Source: Girardia tigrina (taxonomy: Eukaryota). Taken from it: DNA of 57,448 bases. Shown here piece by piece: positions 1 to 14,600 of the stretch. Positions within the stretch are counted from its first letter, which is position 1. The number at the start of each line of letters is the position of its first letter. A program made the translations under genes and the position numbers. Under the pieces are notes generated by a model that did not search any database, was not told the DNA's origin, and was given only the letters and a program-made list of their open reading frames with translations. The DNA lies in the NCBI GenBank assembly GCA_001938485.1, contig MQRK01194127.1:1-57448 (forward strand), given 5' to 3'.

Positions 1-450
1 TTTTGCCTAGCAACCCATAGTAACATATACTCCTTAGCAAGAGGGCTATCCAATGGAGCAATAAAAAGGCCCTTAGCAACGGTTGCCATGGCAACGGTCA
101 CCTAGCAACCGAGATCAGGCTACTGGCCCTTAGCAACGGTCCTTAGCAACCGTCACTAAGGTGATCGCGACCGTTGCCGTGGTAACGGTAACCCCCCGTG
201 GGACATCGCGGCCGTAACTAAGGTGATCGCGACCGTTGCNNNNNNNNNNNNNNNNNNNNNNNNNNNNNNNNNNNNNNNNNNNNNNNNNNTGGTAACCGCG
301 ACCGTTGCCATGGTAACCGCGACCGTTGCTATGGTAATCGGGACGGTTGCCATGGTAACCACGATAACCCATACCGTTGCCATGGTTACGGCTAGGGGAG
401 GGGGTGTATGCCGAATGCCCATTTTCCCCCTACTAATCAGTTATTCTACT
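1..450. repeat. GC-rich array of GTTGCCATGGYAAC palindromes and TAGCAAC half-sites (partly 21-bp period); possibly the end of a transposon TIR
   Basis: Motifs at 82-95, 173-186, 304-317, 325-338, 346-359, 376-389; contains an N gap. Confidence 0.75.
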
Positions 451-530
451 GGAGTGCTAAGGAAATATTACTTATTGACTATCTTGTCAAGGAAAGACTT
501 TCGATGGAAGAAATAAAAGCAGCTGTCGAT

Positions 531-691
531 AATTAGTTCCTTTGTTGAAATTAGTTCTTTTGTTGAAATTAGTTCATTAGTTGAAATTAGTTCCTTTGTT
601 GAAATTAGTTTATTTGTTGAAATTAGTTATTTTATTGAAATTAATTCATTTGTTGAAATTAGTTCATTAGTTGAAATTAGTTCAGTAACCC
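531..691. repeat. 18-bp tandem repeat (GTTGAAATTAGTTCMTTT, about 8.5 copies)
   Basis: Unit starts at 544, 562, 580, 598 and onward; ends in GTTCAGTAACCC. Confidence 0.92.
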
Positions 692-1237
692 TAATAATTG
701 TGTTAAAAATATACTTTTGGTGTCATGATTGATATCGAACCTAAAAATGGTCTTGTTACATCTTTACATGAAGTGCATTCAACTTAAAGGAAATTATCTA
801 GAAAATGAGGAAACACTTTCTCAATTTCCTCTTTATTTCGCGTACATTTTAGAACCCCATCGTATTTTGGAATATTGAAACCACATCTCAAATGTAATCG
901 ATTCATATGAGTATAATCATCAATAGAGTACAACCATCATTTGACAAAATTATAAGCACAAAATCAATCAAACAGAAATAAGTAATTGAAAGTCAACGCG
1001 AAAAATTGCTATTTATTTTTATCGTTCCAACAAAATGCACAATTTCCTTCATTGTTTATTGGTTCAATAATCGATATTCAGTACTGAAAATCAATGTGTA
1101 TAGATAATAAATTAATAGCCACACATATACGTACAAATCGATTGTGTATAAATATAAAATACAAATATTGATTCAGATAAAATATAACGATAATAATAAC
1201 TATAATCAATAAGGAAGTACGGCGAGTCGCGATCGGG

Positions 1238-1447
1238 TCAACCCGACCAGTCTTTGGCTTCTTTGAAGGGGCCCCAACCGTGAAAACATCGCCGGAAATT
1301 ATTAGATTCTTTCTTTTTCTGGGTGATCTTCAACTGGCGCGTCTGATTGGGCTGTATTCGCGCCATGTGCTCTTGGTACAGCTTCGCTGCTTTCAAGGAC
1401 AATTTCTTCTCGACGTCTGATGTGCGGTTTCCGAACCAGAGATAGAT
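1238..1447 (-). CDS. FLII: Flightless-I exon 11 (terminal)
   Basis: [21 protein letters not shown]...[22 protein letters not shown]. Confidence 0.92.
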   Translation of the reverse strand: MYLWFGNRTSDVEKKLSLKAAKLYQEHMARIQPNQTRQLKITQKKKESNNFRRCFHGWGPFKEAKDWSG

Positions 1448-4369
1448 CTAGAGACAAACGGAGATTTAATTACGATCCGTGATCGTCTATTCTTCTTCAG
1501 TGTGTACCTGACTGCCGGTGTCGAGTAACATCACGTCTTCATCCGCTAAATCGTCCTGACAAAAATCACTACACTTCTCACTGGCACAAAAGAATCCCTG
1601 TTCATTGGACAACCGGAATAAACGTGTGAATTTCATAAACTCCGCCTCGTTATCGTAAGGCTTTCTACCACCAAAAGCAAGCCAGAATATATCGGGTTCC
1701 TCTCCCTCTCTAACCGTTGTAATCATCTCTCCATCCTGTCAATTTCAACTTTATAATTTGGAGCAAGTCAATTTTCAAGTACTACTTTGAAAATGTCATT
1801 GGCGATTGTTGCCAACACTTCGTTATAATTGGAATCGGAATTTTTACCAATCCAGCAGATCACTTGGTCTTGTTCTGTGTTTGCTAAACCAGCAGGAATT
1901 TTGAGAATGTAATGGAAACAAGAATTCAAGAAACTAATCATCGGTTTCACCTGAAAATCACGACAAGAATGAATATTTTTCTGAGAAAATATTCTAAATC
2001 GAAAGAATAATACCAAAAGTTTGACCGAAAATAGTACTGAAATTCCATATTTAATGTGAAACTCCGTGTTATGTAATAACTCCGTGTTATCCCTCGTTGG
2101 TAATATTACTGTGAAATCCGTAAATATCGTCCCTTATAAAGTTAATATGATTAAAATATTGTTTTTTCAGTATTTAACTGGTTAATCAATAAACTGCGCC
2201 ACGCTTTCAAAATTTATAGTCAATCATCAAATGAATTAAAAACAGCCTATGGCGACAATAAGTTGAAAGCAAAAGACAAGAACCATTTGGAAATTAATAA
2301 TTACAGCTTAATTAAAATATAAAACCACTATAGAAATTGGAAAGATGACGCTATATTTCCTCTACTGAAAAAATACTGTGTTTCATGCGTTCACGAATCA
2401 GATAATTGACTCATTTGCCAGATTTATATAATAAACAAATTTGGAATGGAAATCAACAGACAAAAAAGCAAAGTAATGGTTTCAGGAAACTATAACAACG
2501 AGGTTAAACTGGAGATTTTCATTGAAGGGGAGAAGCTGGAACAAGTAAAGAGTTTCAAATATTTAGGTTCTACAATCACAGAGAATGGGGGAAGCGAATA
2601 ATAAATCAGAAGCTGGATTGGTATTGCAACAAGCGCAATGATTAAACTTAGCACAGTTTTTAATCTCAAAGAAATCCATCTGAAGAGCAGATTAAAGATC
2701 ACTAAGGCTGTTGTCTGGGCAACACTCCTCTATGGATGCGAGAGTTGGACAATAAATCAGAAGAGTATGGATAGACTTAAAGCGTTTGAAATGAAGTGCT
2801 ACAGGAGAATGCTGAAGATCACGTGGAAAGAAAAGAAGACAAATGAATTTGTCTGGAGAAGAGTGACAGAAATACTGGGTAAAAGACCGGAATCAATAGA
2901 AGAGATCATCAAGAAAAGGAAGCTGAAATTCCACGGTCATCAAATAAGAAAAAAAGCACTAGCAAAGGTTGAGGGAAGAGTTGAAGGAGAAAGACCAAGA
3001 GGAAGAACAGAGGCAATGGATAGACGATTTAAAATAATGGACTGGATTGAGTATGGAATGTCTGAGAAAAGAAACTACAAATAGAAAGATGTGGCGAAGG
3101 CTTGTTTATAATTGGGTGCATCCACGGCCCAGCGGCTAAGGTCAAAAGAAAAAAAGAAGAATATTGTCAGAGGAATATTTCCGGAAATCGTATTTAACTT
3201 TAGGAGCTGTATTTGTTGTAGAGTGGTACCTTTCCTGATCATGTTGAGAGAATGACATTTTCAATAAGTGAAGTATTCTGAGATCTGTTTTAATTAAAAC
3301 GAGTTATTGTTAATTATACCTTATTTCATTGAATAAGCGGTTCATTTAAATGATGAGTAGTCAACCTAATTTTGAAACTGAAATTTGTATAAGACTTCAA
3401 TACGCTTTCATAACTCTTCTTTTAGATGACTTTCAATCCTTTTGATATATAATTTGTCCAAGTTTTAAAATTGTAAACTTTGATGAGATAGAAGAGAGCT
3501 AAAACAATATCAAAAAAGACTTGTGTATTTGAAATCAGCATAAAAATCTATAATACTAATCACATGTAATCAATAAATATGACTTTAGACTGAGCAATAA
3601 ACATTTTTTAGCCGACAGATAAAAACACGGATTTTCGCTAAAATTGTGAAGTAACTGTTTTTTTGTCTGGAAAATTTAAAACTAGATTTTAAAATTGAAA
3701 ATAATACATAAAAAATATTAAAATGGTAAATTATTTAACATTTTTCATTTACCAAATACCTCCAAAAATTTTCTTTGCACTTTATGAGCCGAAAATATTT
3801 GACTAAAATGTATTGCGTAAAATTCCGGTAAATGAACTAAGGGTTTTATCATTATTTTTAATTTTTATTATAATGGACAAAAAAATTTTAATCTTTTTGT
3901 GGAATTACGATTTTTTTACATTTTTTACACTAAATTTACGTGGCAAACACTTGGCGAAAAAAGCTCTTTCTATTTTTTTGCGAAAACATTTTTTATACAT
4001 TTCTGGCATAACATCGGGTTGTAAAACGTTGGTCGAAAAAACGGGTTTTCACTTTTTGGCGAATTAACGTTTTTCATAATTTTGGCACAAAAAAAGTTTG
4101 AAGTTTTTTTTTTGAAGAAAAAAAAATGGTTTTTTCACATTTTTGGCGAAAATCAGTTTTTTTTTCGCTGGTAGGCGAATAAACCGACAGCCTAGGCTGA
4201 GACACTTCCTCTGTAGCACGTTGGGATTATTCAATCAAATAAGAGATATAACCTATGCTAATCATGTCAATCTAAAAATTTGGCTCAGTAAATTCTTCGA
4301 CACCAAACTAGTCGATTCATGACAAAATGGCGTAATCGAGAGGTATAAGTATATGTTGTGAACAATGAT

Positions 4370-4412
<43 letters not shown>

Positions 4413-5602
4413 GGATCAAACAATTTCACATTTATGCTTTGTCAAGGTAACATTTCACAGTAATTTCACAAAAAAATTTTTGCTTTTTTTATTCAGTTCT
4501 GAGTTACAGTGTTAAAAATGGAAGTCAACAAAGAAAAAATTCGGTACATTTTACAGTTTTTATTCGATAAAGGCGAAAATGCAAGCCAGGCGGCTGTTAT
4601 TGTGAATAGTGTTTATGGTGCCAATACTGTAACAACTAATTACACGCAATTTCGGTTTCGTCGATTCCGTGGAGGCATTTTTAATGTTAAAGATGCACCT
4701 CACACAGGCAGGCCTATCGTTGAAAATGTCGATATAATATCGGCAATGATCGAAGTTGACCGGCATGTTAGTAGTCGTAGCATCGCACAGGAGCTGAAGA
4801 TCGACCACAAAACGGTTTTAAACCATTTGGGTAAAGCAGGATTCATAAATAAACTTGATGTTTGGGTTCTACGCCAATTAACACAAAAAAACATGATGGA
4901 TCGAATTTCCATCTGCGAAGCCTTGGCCAAACGAAATGAAATCGACCCATTTCTTAAACGAATGGTTACTGGGGATGAGAAATGGGTCACATACGAAAAT
5001 ATTGTACGAAAACGATCGTGGTCAAAACACGGTGAAGCACCTCAAACGGTCACCAAACCAGGACTAACGACCAGGAAGGTTCTACTGTGTATTTGGTGGG
5101 ACTGGATATGAATCATTTATTATGAGTTGCTTCCGTATGACCAAACACTAAATTCAGATCTGTACTGTCAACTGGACCGTTTGAAGATAGCAATTGATGA
5201 GAAACGACCAGGATTGGCCAACAGAAGAGGTGTTGTGTTCCATCACGACAACGCCAGACCAAATACGTCTGTAGTGACTCGCTAGAATCTCAGGGAGCTT
5301 GGTTGGGCAGTTTTAATGCATCCACCATATAGTCCGGACCCATATTACCACCTTTTTCTCGCATTTCAAAATTTCCTGAGTGATAAGAAATTGGGGTCAA
5401 TAGAAGATTGTGAAAATCGATTACTACAGTTCATCGCCAATAAGGACCAAGACTTCTACGAAAGAGGCATTATGAAGCTACCTTCAAAATGGCAACTAAT
5501 TATACAACAAAACGGTGCATATTTGACTTCAAGAGGACAATCCGAAACATGTTAAATAAAGTTTTGAATTTCACACTAAAATAATGGACTTCTTTTTCCC
5601 CA

Positions 5603-5658
<56 letters not shown>

Positions 5659-8600
5659 NNNNNNNNNNNNNNNNNNNNNNNNNNNNNNNNNNNNNNNNNN
5701 NNNNNNNNNNNNNNNNNNNNNNNNNNNNNNNNNNNNNNNNNNNNNNNNNNNNNNNNNNNNNNNNNNNNNNNNNNNNNNNNNNNNNNNNNNNNNNNNNNNN
5801 NNNNNNNNNNNNNNNNNNNNNNNNNNNNNNNNNNNNACTGTAGTTCATCGATATTCTTTTCATGAGGACGTCCAGAAATGAAAGACTGTTAGATTTTTCA
5901 ATTTCACAAGTGTATTTCATGTTTGGGTGTAACCCATTCATAAATTTTAAAAACTACAGTACACAGGTGTTTCGAAAATCCTCTGATACTGGATTATACA
6001 GTGGTCCCAAAAACTTTTGTGACCCTAATTATAACAGAACTATGGTAAATGAACTAGTGCATAGAGTATGGAATTTATATTCCTCATATGGGAATGTGGA
6101 CGATGGTTTAAACGACCTTCAAAATAGATTAGAAAAGAATTGCTACAATAAAAATTATGTAAATAAGCTAATTAAAGATGCCATTGACTCCATATTTAGG
6201 AAATCAAATAATAAAAGTCACAACATAATCGAAGTTCCAAATAACACTGAGAATTTGTTAAACATCNCCTTAAAGATACCATTTTCTGAGGGAGCAAAAG
6301 ATTTCAAAAATTCATTAATGAAAAGAACTCCTTCAATTTTTAAATTGAAGGTAATTTTTACCACAAATAAAGTTTCTGGTTTCTTTTCAAATAAATCAAA
6401 AACTCCATTGAGTATGCAGGCAAATATAGTATATCAGTTTAAATGTCACAAGTGCGAAGCCTTGTACATTGGAGAGACAAACCGTCACCTTCGAACTACA
6501 ATTGCTGAACATACTCAATCGAGTCGAAACAGTTTCATTCTTAATCATATATTGAATTGTAGGGATCGAGAAAATATAGGGAGTGATAAGGAATTTAGTG
6601 TTTTATGTAAAAATTTTGACAATTATAAGGAGAGGATAATCACTGAAAGCATCACTGAAGCATTGTTAATTAAGCATTATAAACCATGCTTAAATGTTCA
6701 AAGTGATTCCTCAAATTATATTAAAATATTTTAATTCTTAGTTTTTTTTGTCTTCTGTTTCTTTTAAGTTTTCTTCTTTTTTTGTCTTTTTGAATAAATA
6801 ATTAAAATTTTGAATATTGATTTTTAGACGTTTTTTCTTGTTATTTTTTTTAATTAAAAAAATTAAAATAAAAAAAGCCTTAAATTGAGTATTGTGTAAC
6901 AGTCTACCGCTATATAAAAGGGACTCAAATCTGAAATTTCAATTAGTCAACTGAAGATGCCAATATGGCGAAACTAGTATTGCAAAATAAAAATAAATGT
7001 TTGGAAAAATGGCTATTTTTTGTTTTATTAACCCGATTGCCATTGGAATTAATTGAAATATATATATATAATACATGGGTGTAATAAGATCATTTAAATG
7101 TTTTTTTAGAAAACAGTAAATACTCAAAGTGCTGACGTTTATCAATTCAGGAATTTCCGTTTTTGATGCATACAGAAGTCTTACTTTAAAAGATGTTTTG
7201 CTGTTAACGTAAATAAAATTGGTTACGTGATGTTTAAAGCATATATTTCTTTGATATCTTCAACAAATTGATTTTTAGTCGCTAGAGAGTCATCGAATAT
7301 ACATATATGTCCATCTTCAAAATTATATTGTATTACAACTGAGCCGGATAGACTAACAATCTTTCTCATTTTCTTGGTACATCCAGTATTTTGGCAACAA
7401 TAAGTATATGTCGTCGTCACCTTGTTATATTTTTTATCTCACTGAATCCATATTCGACTTTCATCATTATAACCAACTCCTTCATATGATTACCATTGGT
7501 TTACCGTTCGTTTCTTAATTTCTTTCGTATTATTATTGTTATCCATTCATAGATAAATTTTAATCAATTTTTAATACTGTAAATAAATTTAAAAACTAAT
7601 TAATAAAAAAAATCACCGATTTAAAATATATTATCTATAAATTTTTATTATTTTAAAAAATTGGAAAGAAAGTTGAATTATATTTAGCGTAAAAAATTGT
7701 AAAAATATGTGCGTAAAAATTGTAAAATTAGCGTATGAATTCTAGTAAGCCCGAAATAAAAAAATCAACTAGAGCGATGTCAAACGGTGAAAGATTTTCT
7801 GAGAGTCATAATGACCCTAAATGTGATTGTAATAAAAATTCAAATGAGAATTGTCTCAATGTTCTTAATGTATTTAATATGAAAAAATATCAATTTAATA
7901 TAAAATAAGTATAATCAAAACAAAAAAAATTTTTGGTGTACAAGCTTTTATAATTTGTCATATGTTTGCGGTTCTGTATCTATTTCACCCACTTCCCACA
8001 TTTTTTTGACTGAATTATCAAAGTCTACTAGGCGAAAACTCGCTTTCTATTTGCATTTAGATGTAGCAAATTTCAAAGCCTACTACTGAAGAAAACATGA
8101 GAACGACACTTTAATTACTTTTGCGGTCAAACTAAAGGCGGTAGATGAGCAGTGACAGTGAAAAAGTGTATTGCCACCTAGAATACATCAGTCCTGAAAG
8201 TTTCATGTCGCTAGGTGAACGGGAAGTGGGTGAATTTTCGATCGCAAGATTTGATGCATCCAGACAGACAAACAAATGAAACGTAATAAAAGCTTGTAAA
8301 AATGCTTTTAAAATACACACGTTTGCAATTCAGCATGTCACCAAGAAAGATGTTTAAATAACTATGAATAAAAATAATACATTTGGAGTCTATTTGCATA
8401 ATAAATTAAGATGTTTTTCAGATTAAATACACATTCTTTTATTTTTAATTGAAAAATTGTCATATTAAAGTGAAAAATTATCATATAGTTAGTGAATTCG
8501 TCAAAAATTGACTAGTTCACGAATACGGCAAAAAGTTGCCGAAAGATCAATACTTTTTTACCGACATCGACTTCAATAATTTAGTAATTTTCTTGCAAAA

Positions 8601-11600
8601 TTCGAGTCTCATTCTACAATCCTGCTCAAGATGTGAATTAATTGTTAGAATAAAGTTAATTAAAATAATAATTTGTAAAATTAAAAAATTGTAGAAAAAC
8701 AAACGAATCAATTGAAAACAAAGACAAAAGAATCCAACCTCAATTGTACGGGTACATAGAGCATTTCCGTTCTCTCGTAAATAATACATTTCAATCCGTT
8801 TTTTCCTCTGCTCACTGTACCGATCTTGATATCGACCGAGATGAATAACAAATCGATGCTGGAAATGTGCCAAAAATGTCGATATTTCCTGCTGCTGAAA
8901 CATACGCTTTGTTTCAACTTTCCTCAAAGAGTCCTTGGAGCTGCTCAAATCATTTATTCCACTGAATTTGATTTCCATTTCCTTCTTAATTGAGAAATTG
9001 AACTGTAACCACGGAATGTCACTGGCTTCTCGACCTTGCCAGAAATAAATGACAGTTTGAATGCGACTATTTTCATCATCGGTGTCTTCATTGGTTTCTT
9101 CGTCTTCTTCAGGTATTTCCCAATATTCCGCGTGGACAATGTAACTATCTTGTGTAAAGAAATGACCGACCCATTTATCTTCCACAAGGACCCATTTGCG
9201 ATTTACGTAAATGAATTGTTTTATTCTAAATGGATTGGCATTGGTTATTTTATCATCATTTTCTACTAGATCTTCATTGCATTCTTCCATAATTGATTTT
9301 GCTTCCTCCCATGACATAGGCTTTTCACGAGGCATAAAAAATGCCCTAGAAGATTAATATAATAAATTATATTTTAATTTCATCTTCTTGAACCTCATAT
9401 CAATCTTCATTTTATCTTTTTCTATGATTTCATTAATGTCCACTCCCCTTTTCCTTACAGATTCAACAGACCGAGTGAAATCGACCGCGCATGTGTCGAC
9501 CCAGTCACAAAATTGCATCTAATAAATCAGAGATAAATGACAATATTCCCAAAGAAAAAAAATATTTAAATAGATAAAATGTACTTTAAATATCTGAGGT
9601 TCAGAAGACTGACAACAAACTGTTGGAATTCGGCGAATAGTTTTAGGTAACAATTCCAACAACTCGTAAGCTAATTTAAGACCGGCGAACTTCAAAAATT
9701 TTGGCGACATATCTCCTAACCAAACAAACAAATCACCATTCGAATCGAGAATATAAACATGTTTCTCTTTGAGCACAGATTTGACGAGCAAACCATTTGT
9801 CAGTTCAACCTTAGATAATAAGTACTTTAAATAATATTGATCTATAAATGATATTGTATACTTGATAATCTACATCAATACTAAAAGATTTTTCCCCAAC
9901 GAATTAGAAATATCTTCCAAATTTGAGAAAGAAACAATGATACGCATAAGAAAAATCGTCTATTTTTATTGCCTCAAAAGTGGAGTTGTATAGTAATCAT
10001 TTTTCAAAATTTTAAATGTCAGTTAATTTAAAAAATAATAACAAATTAAGATGTCAATTTTAGACTCTGTTCGAATATTTGGAATCATAAAACACCTAAA
10101 AATATCAATTGACCTTCTTTTAAGAAAGACAGACACGACCAAAACAACATACAATCACATAGAAAATACAATATACATCGTATCAATTAAAAACATTCTT
10201 TACAACACCCTGTATTAAAGTTTTCTAATTTTAGGAATACTTTATATTCAAAGAACTATTTATATTGATGGAAATTACAATTTATTGTTATATCATTATA
10301 TTTATTTATCTAGTGCTTTAATTTCTTTTTTTATGCATTTAATTTATAAAATAGCAGTAACTCTATGTTGAGATATGTTATATTGATGATCCAATTGGAT
10401 CATATTGTACTTAAAAGAAGTTAATAAAACTTATAACTATAACACTTGAACAGCTAGATAAATAACTAGTTATGTTTTGAGTACTATCTCTGATTCTATA
10501 GAAATTTTCAATTTAAAGTTTTAGATGAAGAATTTTGTTCAGTTCCAATGTACTATTTTTTTAGAGAAGTTCCATCAGTAACGAAGCATGTGGATTTCGT
10601 AGAATTAATAAATACAGAATTAATATCAAGTTTTCATATTTCAAAACATTACTGATATTGAAATAAACAATGAAGTAGTGCTTCTTTCAACGATCCAGTG
10701 TTAATGAAAATAAACCAAATGACTTCTAATACTTTGTCAACAAAATATAATATAAAACCAGATCTGAACCGCTAGTAACCGAATCAATGCACAGACACAA
10801 TCGTATGTCAACAGTACTCAAACGGTAAATATGATCAACTTGGTCCAATAAAGAAATTTAAGCCAATTATAAAAAATAGAAAATTGACGTTTTTGTGTTG
10901 ACAATCCAAAAATCAGTTTTCTATGTAAACGAGAATCGACAATTGATTGATAGCGATTGTTGCATCTTTGCACTTTTCATCTCAACGAGCACCATGACTT
11001 ATAATGTCTTTACACTGCACTTTTGGATTTATTCGTGATCATTTCTACAGTCTCTCGTTGATTCGTTTTCAACCGTATTTATTAGTGACACCGTCAAAAT
11101 GATAGAAAAATATTTTGAACATAATCATAAAAAATATTAAGAATTTCAAAAAATTAAAATATTCCATATTGAAAGAGACATTAGGTTATAATACTGATAA
11201 AGGTATTTAATGAAGAATCGGTAGCGATTGGTACGGACGTTCAGATGCAGTCGATGCAGCGTACAGAAATGAAACACATTGTATTTATAACGTAGGCAGC
11301 ACCGCTATTAATTCAAAAATTATTTATAAAAGAAGGCATTAGTATTTGACAAAAAAAATTTTCAGATCAAGAAATTGTTTTCAGTGCTGCAACATACCGC
11401 CCTTAGAGCGTCATTTACTAATCGGTCTGGTGGTGCAAAAGACTTATTTGTATAGTTAAAGAACGATTCAATGAATGTTTTCAATATTAGCTATTGATTA
11501 GTATTGATATTAAATTCTTCAATCGTTAAATACTTGGAACGTTTGATATTTTCTTTCTTCAGTTCACGAATATTTAATCTGACCATTTAAAAATCACATT

Positions 11601-14600
11601 ATTTAATGTTTAATATTTCAAATTTCTGTTCAAAATAACAAAATTATATTTTTTAACTCTAAATGTTTCACAAAGTTTATGAAAAAGTTAAATAGAAAAG
11701 AAAAAATAAACGAATTTAAAATTTAGGTATGTAAAACTCATAAATTTACTGCAACTGACTCTTATTACCCATTGACCAAGATGATCTTTCTCTAATATCC
11801 TGTTTTGATATTAAATTCCAGTTCAAAGAATTTTTTATCTTTTTGTGAAAAACATTTCGCTGTTTTCTTTTAGTTCTTCATTTTAATCAAATTCCTTACT
11901 GTGTCATTATTTATCAGGTTACTTAACCCTTTACTGACTATTGATGCCATATGGAATCATAATATATATCAGACTTGTATAGCCATCTATGAATGAATAG
12001 GGATAACATTTTTTATTTAGATCGATAAGGAAGATCGATAAGAAGATATATTTGTTGTCTATTAAATTTTTACTCTAATTACTTTACTGCTTTCGCATAT
12101 ATTTTACTACATACTTTTGGTGTGTTTAAATTGATATTCTTAATTCAGCCAGGAAAGGGTTAATAGCCATAAATCGCTGTGAGCAAGATCTCAGCTGTTG
12201 ATAAATGCTTAAAGGTTTAGTAACTGTGTTGAATTCTTGTATTGAATTTAGTGTACATTTTGGCATGATCATGGAGCAAATAAAGATAAAGCATCCATCG
12301 TAGGAGATCAACAGTTTATAAATATAATGGCTGAAAAGAGTATCATCCTCAGTTAAAATAGTTATCAGAAGACTGGAACTTTTTGCCTTCAAAAAACACA
12401 GGACTCTACACAACATCAACAAGTGATTATGCAGAGAAATACAAAGATTGTACGAATAAAGGGTTGGTTCAAAGAGTTTTGAGTTCTTTCTTCTAATTAC
12501 AAAAATAAATTTGATGAACTTGATATTATCAGGAAATGATTGAATGATAATATGTATCCAAAAAATAAGAGAGCAATATTAGGAAAATAATGGATAACAT
12601 TAGATCAAAGATAAGGATGAGCGAGAGCGTATTAAAATAGCAAAAATGTCATTTTTGAAGGTTTTCAAAGATTCAAAATTACCAGTTGTAACAACATCAA
12701 TGTTAATATAATGTAAGCCACATATAAATTGTATGTTTTACAGTCAAATGACAAACTGATTGCACAATGAAATCGAATCTTGTGTATAAATCGGATTATT
12801 ATGGGCATCGAAAATTATACTTCGGAAAGATAAACCGTTATCTTATACTAAGGATAAATTTCTGAAGCAATTCAAATGTTCCGAAGATTTAACCTCTTAT
12901 ATATTTCAAAAATATCTATTTTTATTCTCCAAACGCATTTCGATTCACACGATGAGATGTTGTGTTGAATATTATTAATGATCCCACATTGATTAATATC
13001 CACAATTCGAAAATCCAATTTCAATTCACTTTCAATATTTATTTTTTTAAATTAATTTTATCTGTTTATTAACAAAATGACAATAAGGTTTGTTTCTTTT
13101 GTATAATTTTAATTTGAAAATTAAAGCCCTTTATTTTTTTTCATTTCTAGATGACTCTAAAGACTTTACAGCATTACCACTTATAAATAATAACTGATTC
13201 TTTCATTTATACATAAAAGTCAAATATTGAAAATATTAGGTCCAACACAATAATGGAAAAAAATCACAATCAAATAAATTAAAATTTAAAAAATAATGGG
13301 ATTTTTTTTAAAAACAAAAGATTCTTAGAGCAACAGATAATCTTTTAAATTTAAAAATCATATCTCAGTCATTTAAAATTGAAAATATGTTTTATAATAA
13401 ATCACCTACTCCTTTGAGTTTGCGTTCGGACGTTGTTTATCAGTATACGAGTTATGGGTGCAATGCCACAAACACTGGAGAGGCTGTTTGTCCTTTCTGC
13501 AAACGAGTCAAAGAACACGCTTATAATGGGGTAAGAGTAATATTGCTGAGCATTGGAAAACTTATAAATGTGATTTGAAAATAAATGATTTCAAAATTCT
13601 GTGCAAGCATTTTAAAAATTATTTGCAGTGTAGTGTGAGGCTTTGTTAATAAGATCAAATTAACTCCCACCAATTTGTCAAGAGTTACCTTAACGTAATC
13701 GATTACATAATCATCAATTCCACATATATATAAGCGGTAAAAAAGATAAAAATCAGTAAGACCGTCGAAATATATTATCACAAAAAATATATTTTGAAAT
13801 GGTGTATATTTTGTTTTTATAATAAATTAAAATACAAATTATTATGATAATTAAAATATTTCTCAAATAATATAAAACGATCTTAAAATTATCATATTCA
13901 TTAGAATGAAGTGTTTAATCCAAGTTACCTGCGGCATTTCAAGAAAACCTTTTCCCAGTTTCACATCATACAGTATTGGCAAAGATGGTTTCCAATCGTT
14001 TGAAACTTTTTCTTTCGGTGAAATACTCCAATCAAAAGAGTTGTTATTTTCTGGATCTTCGAGACTTTTTTTAAATTCATCACTTTCAGATTTTTCTCTT
14101 TCAATAAGAATTTCACTTTGACCTTTACGTTCACATTGGTTAATATTATCGGCCAATAATCGACCTTTTGTTTGAAGCATTAAGCGACTTTTACTTCCAA
14201 ACCACAGATAAAGACGAGCAGGTGACTCATCGTAAAGATACACAAATTTACTGTCAAGAAATTCTGGTGAAGGATAAAGAGAATACGTTGATATACTTTT
14301 ATCAGCACCAAACAGCCTAGAGTAAAATAATAAATTTAGGGACCATTTATAAAAACTAATTAATTACGAAAATAAAAAAACGACAAATACAAATGAGTGA
14401 AATCAAAATAAACGTATAAAACATTTAACAATTATGTGTTACTTTTATAAAAAGTTAAGTACTAAACAGGATGGGGAAAAGTAGGGTTGTAGTTGTTTCA
14501 CAATTTGTTAATGTTTTTGATTAACTTATACCACTTTCTTTTTTTTACAAAAGAGTTATAAAAAATGTAAATTGCATACATTCAAAATTTAATCTACAGC

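Noticed and set aside
130-516. ORFs with VTMATVA / YHGNGRG repeats
   Set aside because: Translations of the X-box-like tandem array, spanning an N gap.
531-691. CRISPR-like array
   Set aside because: Head-to-tail repeats with no unique spacers, eukaryotic context, no cas genes; the same applies to 54365-54785.
4518-5555. Active or domesticated (SETMAR-like) transposase
   Set aside because: Premature stop, frameshifts, damaged YSPDLAP motif, no SET domain.
8050-8300. Short ORFs 8132-8399
   Set aside because: They overlap a repeat-like segment (GACAGACAAAC tract) and show no protein motif.
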